Shown: positions 10,187 through 19,983 of the stretch, in pieces
Position numbering within the stretch: the stretch's first letter is position 1
Layout of the letters: every line of letters begins with the position of its first letter
NCBI GenBank assembly: GCA_005889295.1
Contig: VBEY01000059.1
Span: forward strand, 1 to 47,774
Length of the DNA stretch: 47,774 bases
Reading direction: 5' to 3'
DNA from: Chloroflexota bacterium
GTDB taxonomy: Bacteria > Chloroflexota > Limnocylindria > P2-11E
The notes under the pieces: generated by a model
Seen by the model: only the letters and a program-made list of their open reading frames with translations
Databases searched by the model: none
Told to the model about the DNA's origin: nothing
Made by a program: the position numbers and the translations under genes

Positions 10187-10271
10187 AGGCCGGAGATCAT
10201 CGTCGCGAAGGGCAGGCAACCCGGTAGCGGTCGCGTCTCACCGAGCGGCAGTACGTAGACTCGGCGGCTTC

Positions 10272-11216
10272 ATGGGAACCAATGGGGTCGCATGGCTCTT
10301 TCCCGGTCAAGGATCGCAGACCGTCGGAATGGGAAAAGACCTCGCGGATCGTTACCCCAGCGCGGCCCGCGTCTTCGAAGAAGCGAATGACGCAATCGGT
10401 GTCGATCTGCGTGCGCTCTCGTTCGACGGACCGCCGGAGGAGCTCGATAAGACCTCGAATACCCAGCCCGCCCTCGTCGCCGCGTCAATCGCGGCCTTGC
10501 GCGCGGCGGAGGAAGCCAGTGGCGGTCGGTTGCCCGAGCCGGTGGTTGTCCTCGGCCACTCGCTCGGCGAGTTCAGCGCGCTCGTCGCGGGCGGCGCGCT
10601 CAAGCTCGCGGATGCGGTGCGGTTGGTCCGCACGCGAGGCGAGCTGATGCAAAGCGCCGATTCCGGAGGGGCCATGGCCGCCGTGATCGGACTCGACGCG
10701 TACGTCGTGGCGCGCGCGCTGATCGGAACGCATGTCGTCGTCGCCAACGACAACGCACCGGGCCAGGTCGTCATCTCCGGACCGCGCATCGAGCTCACTC
10801 GCGCGGCCGAGGATCTGAAGAGCATCGGTGCAAAGCGGGTCGTACCCCTGCGGGTGTCAGCAGCGTTCCACTCGCCGGCGATGCAGGCCGCCGCGCCGCG
10901 GCTCCGTCAGGCGATCGACGTCACTCCGTTCAATGCCCTCCGCTATCGCCTCATCGCGAACGTGGATGCCAAGGTCCACGAGCACGCGCGTGCGATGCCC
11001 GCGCTCCTGGAGAAGCAGGTGTGGTCTCCGGTACAGTGGGTCGCCTCGGTCAAGCGGGCCTATGGGGAGGGCGCGTCCGCGTTCGTTGAGTTCGGTCCCG
11101 GGACCGTGCTTACGGGCCTCGCCAAGCGGATCCTTCCCGACGTGGTGACCGGGAACGTTTCGGACGAGGGCACGCTTCGGCAGTCGCTTCCGCTGTTGAA
11201 GGGAGATGCGCGGTGA
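10272..11216 (+). CDS. fabD: Malonyl-CoA:ACP transacylase
   Basis: FPGQGSQ, TQPAL, GHSLGE, RGELMQ, VSAAFHS, EFGPG. Confidence 0.96.
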   Translation: MGTNGVAWLFPGQGSQTVGMGKDLADRYPSAARVFEEANDAIGVDLRALSFDGPPEELDKTSNTQPALVAASIAALRAAEEASGGRLPEPVVVLGHSLGEFSALVAGGALKLADAVRLVRTRGELMQSADSGGAMAAVIGLDAYVVARALIGTHVVVANDNAPGQVVISGPRIELTRAAEDLKSIGAKRVVPLRVSAAFHSPAMQAAAPRLRQAIDVTPFNALRYRLIANVDAKVHEHARAMPALLEKQVWSPVQWVASVKRAYGEGASAFVEFGPGTVLTGLAKRILPDVVTGNVSDEGTLRQSLPLLKGDAR

Positions 11217-11554
11217 GGGTCACCAAGACGTACGTCCGCTTGCTGGCGGTCGACGTCGCAAAGACCGCGGGGTTCTATGAACGCGCCCTCGGACTCATCG
11301 CTCGTTCTGAGTCACCAGCGTGGACCGAGCTCTCCGCGGACGGCGGCGTGGTCGCGCTCCACGACGGTGGCGCGAAAGCGCCGACTGAGACGCACCTCGG
11401 TTTCGAGGTCGACGACATCACCGCGGCCTGCGCGGCGGTGCAACGCGAGGGCGGCGAGGTCGTCGCGAGACCGGTCGATCAGTACGGCATCCTCGTCGCG
11501 CGCGCCGCGGACCCCGACGGGAATCGCTTCTGGCTTGCGCAGGTGTCACCGTAA
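11213..11554 (+). CDS. VOC/glyoxalase family protein
   Basis: FYERALGL, LGFEVDD, DPDGN. Overlaps the fabD stop and the accC start. Confidence 0.85.
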   Translation: MRVTKTYVRLLAVDVAKTAGFYERALGLIARSESPAWTELSADGGVVALHDGGAKAPTETHLGFEVDDITAACAAVQREGGEVVARPVDQYGILVARAADPDGNRFWLAQVSP

Positions 11555-12915
11555 TGACCCCGATCGAGAAGGTCCTCATCGCGAATCGCGGCGAGATCGC
11601 GGTGCGGATCATCCGCGCCTGCCGCGAGCTCGGCATCCAGTCGGTCGCCGTGTACAGCGAAGCGGACGCGCACAGCCTCCCGGTCCATCTCGCCGACGAA
11701 GCGATCTGCATCGGACCGGCGAACGCGCGCGAGTCGTACATGAACATTCCCGCGATCATCTCCGCGGCGCTCCTGTCGGGCGCGCAGGCGATCCATCCTG
11801 GGTACGGCTTCGTTTCGGAGAACGCCGACTTCGCCGAGGTCTGCAAGGACCACGGCCTCGTGTTCATAGGCCCGCCGCCCGAAGTTCTGCGGCTGTTCCA
11901 CGACAAAGCGCAGACACGGCTCGAGATGAAGCGCGCCGGGATGCCGGTCATTCCCGGTTCGGACGGTCCGGTGCGCAACGTTGCCGAGGCGCTGCGCATC
12001 GCCGAAGCGATCGGCTATCCGGTGATGCTGAAGGCGAAAGCCGGCGGCGGCGGGCGCGGGATGCGCAAGGCGATCTCGCCCTCCGAGCTGCAGCGCCTCT
12101 GGCCGCAAGCCGCGAGCGAGGCGAGGGCGTCGTTCGGCGACGACGGCATCTACGTCGAGCGGTGTCTCGAGGGCGTGCGGCACGTCGAAGCGCAGATCGC
12201 GGTCGATGAGTCGGGGCGGGGCATCTGCCTCGGCGAGCGCGAGTGCTCGATCCAGCGTCGCAACCAGAAGATGATCGAAGAAGCGCCTTCGGCCTCGATC
12301 AGCGAGAGCCTGCGACAAGAAATCGCGAAGCTCGCGGTCGACGCGGCCGTTCGCTCGGGCTACCGCAACGTCGGGACCTTCGAGTTCCTCGTCGACGCGC
12401 AGAACAAGCCGTATTTCATCGAGGTGAACTCGCGGATCCAGGTCGAGCACACGGTGACCGAGATGACCACCGGGATGGACCTCGTGAAGGAGCAGATCGC
12501 GCTCGCGTCCGGCGAGCTCCTCTCATTCAGCGAGGAGCAGATCTGGGTGCACGGCCACGCCATCGAGTGCCGCATCAATGCCGAGGATGCTGAGGCGAAC
12601 TTCGCTCCCTCGACCGGCGTGCTCACGAGCTGGCTACCTCCTGCCGGACCGGGAATTCGCCTGGACTCGCACTGTTTTCAGGGCTACGAGGTCCCGCCGT
12701 ATTACGACTCGCTCCTCGCGAAGGTGATCGCGTGGGGCCGCGACCGGCACGAGGCGGTCGCCCGCATGCAGCGCGCTTTGGACGAATTCACGATCGTTGG
12801 CGTGACGACGAATATCCCGGCGCACAAGAAGATCCTCGCGAGCGATCTCTTCCGCTCCGGGCAGGTGACCACGCACTTGATAGATACTGTCGGGGTCGAT
12901 GCGCTCGCCGGCTGA
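11554..12915 (+). CDS. accC: Biotin carboxylase
   Basis: KVLIANRGEIA, IHPGYGF, GGGGRGM, ERECSIQRR, EVNSRIQVEH, YDSLLAK. Confidence 0.97.
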   Translation: MTPIEKVLIANRGEIAVRIIRACRELGIQSVAVYSEADAHSLPVHLADEAICIGPANARESYMNIPAIISAALLSGAQAIHPGYGFVSENADFAEVCKDHGLVFIGPPPEVLRLFHDKAQTRLEMKRAGMPVIPGSDGPVRNVAEALRIAEAIGYPVMLKAKAGGGGRGMRKAISPSELQRLWPQAASEARASFGDDGIYVERCLEGVRHVEAQIAVDESGRGICLGERECSIQRRNQKMIEEAPSASISESLRQEIAKLAVDAAVRSGYRNVGTFEFLVDAQNKPYFIEVNSRIQVEHTVTEMTTGMDLVKEQIALASGELLSFSEEQIWVHGHAIECRINAEDAEANFAPSTGVLTSWLPPAGPGIRLDSHCFQGYEVPPYYDSLLAKVIAWGRDRHEAVARMQRALDEFTIVGVTTNIPAHKKILASDLFRSGQVTTHLIDTVGVDALAG

Positions 12916-12924
12916 CTGGCTTCG

Positions 12925-13401
12925 ATGAAGATGCGGATCCGCTCTGGAGTGGTGCCGAGTAACACGGCCGTCGCTTTGCTCGCGCTGCTCCTCGCTCTCC
13001 TCGTCGGGGTCACAGCTCTGCGAGGCCTGTTGGGCGCATCGGCCCAGCCTTCTGTCCCCATCCCCCTTCCGGCCGATAACCCCGCGACGATCGCGCCGAC
13101 GGTCGAGCCGAGTGCAGCGCCGCTCTTGCCGGGGTCCGCGGCTCCGGTGACAGAGACCGGGACGTCGCCTCTTCCGGCATCACAGACGACAGGACCCGCT
13201 CCAGCGTCGGTCCAACCGAGCAGCCCGACGGTCGCACCCCGAACTTCCATCCCGAGCGCGGCTCCTCGCGCAAGCCTGCCGCCCGGCCCTGCGACGAGCG
13301 CAGCTCCCGGGCGGGATGTCATGACGGTGGCACCCGAGGATGGCGGTCCCGGTGCCGCACAGCCGGGTGCGCGTATCTCGCCGCCTCCAGCGTCAAAGTA
13401 A
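12925..13401 (+). CDS. Pro/Ala/Ser-rich membrane-anchored hypothetical protein
   Basis: One hydrophobic helix followed by a low-complexity tail. The start may be GTG at 12949 or 12952. Confidence 0.55.
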   Translation: MKMRIRSGVVPSNTAVALLALLLALLVGVTALRGLLGASAQPSVPIPLPADNPATIAPTVEPSAAPLLPGSAAPVTETGTSPLPASQTTGPAPASVQPSSPTVAPRTSIPSAAPRASLPPGPATSAAPGRDVMTVAPEDGGPGAAQPGARISPPPASK

Positions 13402-13491
13402 CTTCGTAACACCGCGATCGATCCGCTGACAGTTGTCGCAAAACGATCATGTCTGGTCGCGGTGAGGATTAGCGACAGGTCGGTCCTTCGC

Positions 13492-13519
13492 TTGACAACA
13501 CAACGAGCCTTGATAACTT
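13492..13519 (+). promoter_or_regulatory. Sigma70-type promoter
   Basis: TTGACA (13492-97)-N16-TAACTT (13514-19) with an extended -10 TGn. Confidence 0.6.
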
Positions 13520-13563
13520 CGTCCACCGTTCGCGGGGGTCGAGGGGGGGCCGGTCGGCCGGTC

Positions 13564-15519
13564 GTGGGATCCCTCATCGCGATATCCGCCGCGTCTCCCG
13601 CGACAGCCGCCTCGGGGATCACCCGCCAGATCGCGCTCGCGGGCACCGGTTCACCGGTAACACGCGAATACGTCCCGTCCTCCGACACTCTCAGTGCCCC
13701 CGAGCTTCGCGGGATCGACGGCGGACCTGCGGTCCCCGAGTTCAACGGGATCATCCCTGCCTCGACGCGAGAAGGGAGCTCAACCGGAAGCACGGGCGCC
13801 GCGCCACGGCTGAAGACAAGCTTCGAAGGCTTGAACATGTTCCAGCAGCGCTTCGCGCGCGGTGGCAACCAGTTCACCGTAGAGCCGCCGGACCAGGGTC
13901 TTTGCGTAGGCAACGGCTACATCGTCGAGACAGTCAACGACGTCTTCAACGTGTACAACTCGAGCGGAGTTTCGCAGCTTGCCGCCAACAATGTCGGCGG
14001 GGCGGTTGACCTCAACTCGTTCTTCGGCTACCCGCCGGCCATCAACCGCAGCACCGGTGTCTTCGGTCAATCCGTAACAGACCCGAGCTGCCTGTACGAC
14101 TCGCAGACCAGGCGGTTCTTCGTTGTAGCGCTGACCCTCGAGAGGAAGCCGAACGGTCCCTTAACTCTCGTGAATCACCTCGACCTTGCCGTGAGCACCA
14201 CGTCGAACCCGACCGGTCTGTGGAAGATCTACAAGGTCGACGTCACCAACGATGGGTCGAACCCCGCGCCTCAGAACGCCTGCCCGTGCATCGGCGACTA
14301 CCCGCACATCGGAGCGGACGCGAACGGCTTCTACATCACGACGAATGCCTATCCCTGGACCGCGGTCAGCTCCGAGTTCGCTGGTGCGCAGATCTACGCG
14401 TTCTCCAAGCGCCAGCTCGCTTCAGGACCGGCTTCGGTGAGCGTCACGCGCATCGACACATGGAACGCGGTCAACGTCCCGAGCGACGCTGGGCCGAAGC
14501 AGCCTGGCTTCACGGTCTGGCCTTCGGTTTCCGCGGAGGTCTCCGATGAAGTCGGCGAGAACGGCACCGAGTTCTTCATGAGCTCGAACGCCGCGGACGA
14601 GGCGACACACCCGATCGCTGGCATCGGTGGTAACTACGTCTCCAACCAGATCGTCGTGTGGTCGCTCAGTAACACCAAGTCCCTCGACCGCAAGACCCCT
14701 TCTCTCAATCTCACGAACAAGGTCCTGCAGGTGAACACGTACGCGATTCCTCGGCGGGCGGAGCAGCCCGGCTCGGGCAATGCGCCCGGAGACGACACGC
14801 CGCAGGGCAAGTGCATCAACGACACGACCACTCCGACTCCCTTTGGGACCGGCTGCTGGAACATCATTTTCTTCAGTGAACCGGCCCACAACGAAGTCGT
14901 GTCGCGCCTTGATTCGAACGACACGCGCATTCAGCAGGTCATGTTCGCGGACGGGAAGCTCTGGGGTGCCCTGGGCACCGCAGTGAGCTTCGATAGCAAT
15001 CCTGCTCACAACAAGGCGGGCATCGCCTACTTCATCGTCAAGGTGGGCGATGAGGATGACGGATTGAATGCCAGCATCGTCCGACAAGGAACCTATGGCG
15101 TCGCGGGCAAGAACCTGCTCTACCCAGCCATCGGGGTGACCGAAAGCGGCCGTGGTGTGGTTGCGTTCACGCTCGTTAGCGCCACCGACTTCCCGAGCGC
15201 GGCGTATGCATCAATCGACGCGAAAAACGGCATAGGCGCGGTCCGGATCGCGGCGGCCGGAGCCGCGACGGACGACGGCTTTACCAGCTACAAATCCCAG
15301 GTCGGCGACCCGCCCCGGACACGATGGGGCGACTACGGCGCAGCCGCTGTCGATGGAGACTCCATTTGGATCGCGAGCGAGTACATCGCGGCAGCGTGCG
15401 ATTACAAGAAGTGGGGCGGCAGTTTCTTCCCCGACGGTACCGGAACGTTCGGTCGTTGCGGCGGCACCCGTGCAGCTCTGGCAAACTGGTCCACGCGGAT
15501 CAGTAAGATCACGCCGTAA
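13564..15519 (+). CDS. Large secreted beta-rich protein of unknown function
   Basis: Long ORF with EPPDQGLCVG, DPSCLYD, GDYPHIG and RWGDYG motifs and a signal-like N-terminus. Start placed downstream of the promoter; the ORF track gives 13462. Confidence 0.75.
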   Translation: MGSLIAISAASPATAASGITRQIALAGTGSPVTREYVPSSDTLSAPELRGIDGGPAVPEFNGIIPASTREGSSTGSTGAAPRLKTSFEGLNMFQQRFARGGNQFTVEPPDQGLCVGNGYIVETVNDVFNVYNSSGVSQLAANNVGGAVDLNSFFGYPPAINRSTGVFGQSVTDPSCLYDSQTRRFFVVALTLERKPNGPLTLVNHLDLAVSTTSNPTGLWKIYKVDVTNDGSNPAPQNACPCIGDYPHIGADANGFYITTNAYPWTAVSSEFAGAQIYAFSKRQLASGPASVSVTRIDTWNAVNVPSDAGPKQPGFTVWPSVSAEVSDEVGENGTEFFMSSNAADEATHPIAGIGGNYVSNQIVVWSLSNTKSLDRKTPSLNLTNKVLQVNTYAIPRRAEQPGSGNAPGDDTPQGKCINDTTTPTPFGTGCWNIIFFSEPAHNEVVSRLDSNDTRIQQVMFADGKLWGALGTAVSFDSNPAHNKAGIAYFIVKVGDEDDGLNASIVRQGTYGVAGKNLLYPAIGVTESGRGVVAFTLVSATDFPSAAYASIDAKNGIGAVRIAAAGAATDDGFTSYKSQVGDPPRTRWGDYGAAAVDGDSIWIASEYIAAACDYKKWGGSFFPDGTGTFGRCGGTRAALANWSTRISKITP

Positions 15520-15539
15520 CTCGCGACCTCGCCAAACGC

Positions 15540-15574
15540 GAAGGGGACCACCGCAGGGTGGTCCCCTTCTTTGT
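15540..15574 (+). terminator. Intrinsic terminator
   Basis: 13-bp perfect stem GAAGGGGACCACC/GGTGGTCCCCTTC, loop GCAG, followed by TTTGT. Confidence 0.85.
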
Positions 15575-15591
15575 CTCTAGACTCGCCGACG

Positions 15592-16035
15592 ATGTCCACC
15601 CTCGACAAAGCCGCGATCGAGAAACTCATTCCGCACCGCGATCCATTTCTCTTGATCGACCGCGTGATCGAGCTCGAGCCGGGCGTGCGCGCTGTCGCGG
15701 AGCACACCTTCACGGGCACGGAGTGGTACCAGCCGGGGCACTTCCCTGGTAATCCGATCGTGCCCGGCGTCATCCTCGTGGAATCGATGGCTCAAACCGC
15801 GACGGTCGGCGCCATGGCGCACCCGGACTATCGCGAAGGCCTCGGCCTGTTCGCGGGCATCGAGGAGATGCGCTTCAAGCGCATGGTCAAGCCCGGCGAC
15901 ACCGCGCGGTTCGAGGCGACGTTCGAGAAGATGCGGCGGGGGTTCGCCCGCGTCGCGGTCCGCACGATGATCGGCGACGAGCTCGCCGCCGAAGGTGTCA
16001 TCCTCGCGGTCTTTCAGCCGAAAACCAAGGCATGA
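15592..16035 (+). CDS. fabZ: 3-hydroxyacyl-ACP dehydratase
   Basis: IPHRDPFLLIDRV, GHFPGNPIVPGVILVESMAQ, RFKRMVKPGD. Confidence 0.96.
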   Translation: MSTLDKAAIEKLIPHRDPFLLIDRVIELEPGVRAVAEHTFTGTEWYQPGHFPGNPIVPGVILVESMAQTATVGAMAHPDYREGLGLFAGIEEMRFKRMVKPGDTARFEATFEKMRRGFARVAVRTMIGDELAAEGVILAVFQPKTKA

Positions 16036-16961
16036 AACGCACCATCGAGATCGTCGGCGTCCCGATGGACCTTGGCGGAAACCGCCGCGGGGTCGATATG
16101 GGCCCTTCGGCGATCCGCTACGCGGGCCTTCGCGATAGGCTTGCGAGCCTCGGCTACGCGGTCCGCGATCGGGGGAACGTCCGCGTGGCCGACCGCGACG
16201 AGGGCGCGACCAAGGACTTCCGCGAGGTGGACAAGAACGAGCTCGCGCGCATGAGCGGGCGCGCCCACCACGTCGAAGAGATCGTCCGGGTCGCCCTGGA
16301 TCTCGCGAAGGTCGTCGCGGACATCGAGCGCGCCGGCAACATGGCGATCGTCCTCGGGGGCGATCACTCGATGGCGATAGGAACTCTCGCCGGGATCGCC
16401 CGCGGAGGCCGCCGTCCGGGAGTCATCTGGATGGACGCGCATGGCGACAGCAACACGCCGAAGACATCCCCGTCCGGGAACGTCCACGGGATGCCCTTCG
16501 CAGTCGCGTTCGGGCCCGCCGCCGAGACATTTCCGAAGGAGCTCTCTGGCTCGGTCGATGGCCACAAGGGTGTGCTCATCGGGCTCCGCAGCGTCGATGC
16601 TGGAGAGAAGGAGAACATCAGAGCCGCCGGGGTGACGCCGATCACGATGGCCGACATCGATCGCATGGGCATGAGCGCCGCGATGGAGAAAGCCATCGCG
16701 ATCGCGTCCAAAGGCGACGGCATCCACCTCTCTCTCGACATGGACGCGATCGATCCCGACGAAGCCCCAGGCGTGGGGACGCCCGTTCGCGGAGGGCTCA
16801 CCTACCGCGAAGCACAGCTCGCGATGGAGATGCTCGCCGCGTCAGGAAAGCTGCGCTCGCTTGAGGTCGCCGAAGTGAATCCAATCCTTGATCAGGGCAA
16901 TCGCACGGCGGCCCTCGCGGTGGAGCTCGTCGCGTCGGCGCTGGGGCAGACGATTCTCTAG
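16032..16961 (+). CDS. rocF: Arginase
   Basis: GVDMGP, GGDHS, DAHGD, SGNVHGMP, SLDMDAIDP..APGVGTP, EVNP. Confidence 0.95.
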   Translation: MKRTIEIVGVPMDLGGNRRGVDMGPSAIRYAGLRDRLASLGYAVRDRGNVRVADRDEGATKDFREVDKNELARMSGRAHHVEEIVRVALDLAKVVADIERAGNMAIVLGGDHSMAIGTLAGIARGGRRPGVIWMDAHGDSNTPKTSPSGNVHGMPFAVAFGPAAETFPKELSGSVDGHKGVLIGLRSVDAGEKENIRAAGVTPITMADIDRMGMSAAMEKAIAIASKGDGIHLSLDMDAIDPDEAPGVGTPVRGGLTYREAQLAMEMLAASGKLRSLEVAEVNPILDQGNRTAALAVELVASALGQTIL

Positions 16962-17617
16962 CGAGCAGCCAGGATGCGAGCGACGTCCGCATGGTCGCGC
17001 TCGGTCGCGATGTCCTGCGCGGTCTTCCCGTCCTTGTTCCTGATCGCTCGGTCCGCGCCGTACTTCAAGAGCAGGTCGAGGCTCGCGCGGTCGCCTGTGA
17101 ACGCGACCGTATGGAGTGGCGTGGAACCCGACTGGCTCTTCGCGTTCGGATCGGCTCCCCGGTCCAGCAACATCCGCACGATCTCGACGTCGCGGGTGCC
17201 CGCATCGGTCGCCACCGCGGAATGCAGGGGCGTGAAGCCGCCGTTGCGCGATGCGGGGCGCGGGTCAGCGCCGGCGTCGAGGAGGTAACGGACGACGTCG
17301 CGTCGCTTGAAGAAAGCGGCGAGGCCGAGAGGCGAGTAACCGTCCGGCGCGACGCCATTCGCCTGAGCGGGATCGCGCTCGACCATCTCGCGAACGCGTT
17401 CGGTGTCGCCGGCGGCCGCCGCCTCGAACACGGTGAGCTTCGGCCCTCGCCGAAGTATCGCCGTCGCGATGTCGTCCTGGCCGCGATAGAGCGCCGCCAG
17501 GATGGGCGAGAGCCCCGTATCGTCCCGCGCGTCGACGAGCGCCCTGTTCCCCTCCAGAAGCCTTTCCACCGCGGCCGTGTCGCCGCCCTTGATCGCCGAG
17601 AAAAGGTCCGTCGTCAT
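16958..17617 (-). CDS. Ankyrin repeat protein
   Basis: Repeated G.(S/T)PLH.A...LL..GADP motifs. Confidence 0.92.
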   Translation of the reverse strand: MTTDLFSAIKGGDTAAVERLLEGNRALVDARDDTGLSPILAALYRGQDDIATAILRRGPKLTVFEAAAAGDTERVREMVERDPAQANGVAPDGYSPLGLAAFFKRRDVVRYLLDAGADPRPASRNGGFTPLHSAVATDAGTRDVEIVRMLLDRGADPNAKSQSGSTPLHTVAFTGDRASLDLLLKYGADRAIRNKDGKTAQDIATERDHADVARILAAR

Positions 17618-17694
17618 CTCAGACTCCCTTTATAGGAACGGACCCGGGCTGGGTCGGTCGTGCCTCTGTTCGACCGGGTCGTATCGTCCACAGC

Positions 17695-18366
17695 GTGAAA
17701 GTGCGCCAGCTGCTGATTCTGTGGCTCGTAATCCTCACGTCCTGCAGCTCGGCGGCGCCTTCGGCTCCGAGCTCGCTCGCAGCGACGGCCTCGCCTACAG
17801 GCCCCCCCGCCGTGAAGATCGCGGTTCTCGGCGACAGCATCGCCGCGGGGACGGGCGCGAGTGGGTTCGATGCTATCTGGTGGGTCCGCGCTCAGCTCGC
17901 ACTTCGACAGTCACGGCCCCTCGTGACATTCACTAACTTCGCGCAGGCTGGCTCCGGCGTTGACTATCTCGAACGGACGGCCCGGGTCGTCGATCCGAAA
18001 GACTATCGGATCGCCGTTGTTATCGAGGGACGGAACGATCAGATCGACGAAGCTGCGTGGCGCCCTCGATTCTCCGCGGTCGTGGAGGCGCTGGAGGCGA
18101 AGTCGATCACCGTAGTCCTCGGGACGTACCCGCCAGCGTTCGTGAACGGCGCTTTCTCCGAGTTTCCCCGCAATACGGTGATTCGCGCGATCGCCGAGGC
18201 GGGACACCGTCCGCTTCTAGACTTTGAGGCGCGGTGGCGCGCGGCTGGGCCGACGATGGCCGCCGGGTGGTACACCGATCAGGTGCACGCAAATGACCCC
18301 GGTCAGAAGATCGAGGCGGAGGTCGCAATCCCGATCCTCGAACCCCTGATCGCGAAGGGGCCGTAG
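17695..18366 (+). CDS. SGNH/GDSL hydrolase lipoprotein
   Basis: Lipobox LTSC; blocks LGDSI, GSG, GRND, DQVH. Confidence 0.85.
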   Translation: MKVRQLLILWLVILTSCSSAAPSAPSSLAATASPTGPPAVKIAVLGDSIAAGTGASGFDAIWWVRAQLALRQSRPLVTFTNFAQAGSGVDYLERTARVVDPKDYRIAVVIEGRNDQIDEAAWRPRFSAVVEALEAKSITVVLGTYPPAFVNGAFSEFPRNTVIRAIAEAGHRPLLDFEARWRAAGPTMAAGWYTDQVHANDPGQKIEAEVAIPILEPLIAKGP

Positions 18367-18409
18367 TCGCTGAGTCGATGATCAGCTATCGGAGCTGGCC
18401 CGTGATGAG

Positions 18410-18706
18410 GTTGGCGACCTCGCCGCGGCCGAGCAGGTCCGCCCGCCGACGATGAGCCGGCTCGTTAGCGAGATGGAACGAGCCGGCGTCGCGCGCAAAG
18501 TGATCGACCGCGGTGATGCTCGTGTGGTGCGTGTGCACGCCACGCTGAGGGGCCTGTGTGCCCTGGCCCGCGGGCCGGCCATGCGCATCGAGGCCATCGC
18601 CGGCCTCTTGAGGCATCTCGATCCGGATGAGCTCGGCACGGTCGAGCGCGCCGTCGACACGATCGAGAATCTTCTCGGGCAACGCGCGGCATCCGCCCGG
18701 CGCTGA
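18410..18706 (+). pseudogene. 5'-truncated MarR family regulator
   Basis: GDLAAAEQVRPPTMSRLV..ME..GV...D..DAR winged-HTH motif. In-frame TGA at 18371 upstream and no start codon before the HTH. Confidence 0.7.
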
Positions 18707-18735
18707 CCGGTCTACCCTCATTGCAGGCGGAGGCC

Positions 18736-19983
18736 GTGCAGCTCAGCATCTACGACACCCTCCAGCGGCGCGTCGTCCCGCTCACCCCGCAGCGGACCGG
18801 CGAGGTGCGCATGTACACGTGCGGCCCGACGGTCTATCGCCCCGTTCACCTCGGCAACCTCCGTTCGTATCTGCTCGCGGATTGGCTGCGCCGGACGCTC
18901 GAGCATTTCGGTAACACCGTGGTCGCGGTCAAGAACATCACCGACGTCGGGCACATGCGCCAGGACGCGGTGGAACGAGGCGAGGACAAGGTCATCGCGG
19001 CGGCCCTGGCCGAGGGCAAGACGCCAAAGGAGATCGCCGAGTTCTACGAGACGCGTTTCCACGAAGACGAGCGTCGGCTCGGGATCCTTCCGGCGACGCA
19101 CTTTCCGCGCGCCACCGATCACGTCCCCGAAATGATCTCCATCATCGAGCGGCTCATCGCCCGCGGGCTCGCCTACCAGGTTGAAGGCGCCGTCTATTTC
19201 GCGGTGAAGCGGTTTTCCGGCTACGGAAGGCTCTCCGGCAATGTCGGCGAGGCGCTGCGGCAGGGCGTGCGTGGCGACCTCGATCCAAAGAAGCGCGACC
19301 CAGCCGACTTCGCGCTCTGGAAGAAAGCCGAGGCCGGCCGCGCGCTGACGTGGGATTCACCGTGGGGCCCCGGGTTTCCGGGGTGGCACATCGAGTGTTC
19401 GGCGATGAGCACGAAGTACCTCGGCGAGCGTTTCGATCTGCACACCGGCGGCGTCGACAACATCTTTCCGCACCACGAGGACGAGATCGCGCAATCCGAG
19501 GGCGCGTACGGTCACGCCTCCGTCGGGCACTGGGTGCACGGCCAGCACCTCCTCGCCGACGGCGTGAAGATGGCGAAGTCGGCGCGCAACACCGTGACCA
19601 TCGACGAGATGGTCGAACTCGGGATCGATCCGCTCGCCTTCCGCTATCAGTGCCTCCTCACGCACTACCGGACGCGCATGCAGTTTTCGCTGGGCGCGCT
19701 GCGACAGGCCGCCGAGGCGCTCGACCATCTTCGCCAGCGCGTGCGCCACTGGTCGCAGGTGCCGCAGGGCGATCCGACCCATACCGCGCTCGACCAACGC
19801 TGGATCGATCCCTTCGCTCGCGCGCTCGCCGACGATCTCAACCTTCCAGCGGCGGTCGCCTGGCTGCAGTCATGCGCGGTCGATCGCGCGATCTCGGACA
19901 CGGAGCGCCTCGCGGTCTTCCTCGAAGCGGATAAGGTCCTCGGCCTCGATCTCGCCTCGGTCGCCGCCGAGCACGCGAAGGCG
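18736..19983 (+). CDS. cysS: Cysteine--tRNA ligase-like catalytic and DALR-like domains (N-terminal part of a frameshifted fusion)
   Basis: MYTCGPTVY, HLGN, NITDVGH, DFALWK, WHIECSAM, GGVDNIFPHHEDE, KMAKS, LADDLN. Similarity ends at ...VAAEHAK(A). Confidence 0.93.
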
